Source: a virus
Virus record (IMG/VR): IMGVR_UViG_3300028800_000083
Direction: 5' to 3' (one strand)
DNA length: 64,000 nucleotides
Numbering within the stretch: position 1 is the stretch's first letter; each line of letters begins with the position of its first letter. A program made the translations under genes and the position numbers. The notes beneath the pieces are model-generated. The model saw only the letters and a program-made list of their open reading frames with translations. It did not search any database and had not been told where the DNA came from. Below are positions 64,000 to 64,000 of the stretch, in pieces.

Positions 64000-64000
64000 C

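Noticed and set aside
1-64000. Search for cas1/cas2/cas4, IS200/IS605 TnpA (HUH Y1 transposase), tRNA and rRNA genes
   Set aside because: No ORF showed Cas1/Cas2 motifs or an HuH/Y1 transposase signature next to the TnpB-like genes. No tRNA or rRNA-like sequence was recognised by eye. This is absence of evidence only and needs an HMM or tRNAscan check.

Overview
High-GC (~68%) phage- or prophage-like region, densely packed with short genes that are often translationally coupled (ATGA/GTGA overlaps). Coordinates 2.2-18.2 kb hold two tandem single-effector CRISPR units on the minus strand. Each unit has a ~650-aa TnpB-like protein (TnpB-type N-terminus, RuvC-I/II, CxxC..CxxC zinc finger, RuvC-III) that I read as a putative type V (Cas12-family) effector; the subtype cannot be resolved by eye. 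Immediately 3' of each effector lies a very large array. Array A has about 40 units of the 36-nt repeat GTCTCGGACGTCAACCGTCCGAGCAGGTGCGATCAC. Array B has about 108 units of GTCGAGACCACCGCGAGGTCTCGCATCGATCGTGCC. A decayed B-type remnant is fused to the distal end of array A. I found no cas1, cas2 or cas4 in the window. A 272-bp MITE-like element with 23-bp terminal inverted repeats and an 8-bp target-site duplication is inserted between effector B and its array. A ~40-nt conserved, quasi-palindromic DNA motif occurs three times, upstream of both effector genes and of a third gene. The remainder (18.2-64 kb) encodes an SF2 DEAH helicase, a six-fold zinc-ribbon repeat protein, a sigma-70 family factor, DnaJ, two metallophosphoesterases, a radical SAM protein, an RNA/DNA-ligase-like protein, an SPFH protein, a HExxH metallopeptidase, an ABC-type ATPase and many small ORFs. 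More than ten of the small proteins between 28 and 47 kb share a ~15-aa peptide motif, K-K-T-x-A-Q-L-D-R-E-I-A-x-A-L, placed at their N-terminus, at their C-terminus or internally. No rRNA or tRNA genes were recognised. Many long ORFs on the opposite strand of real genes are GC-driven shadow ORFs and were rejected. Start codons are approximate throughout.
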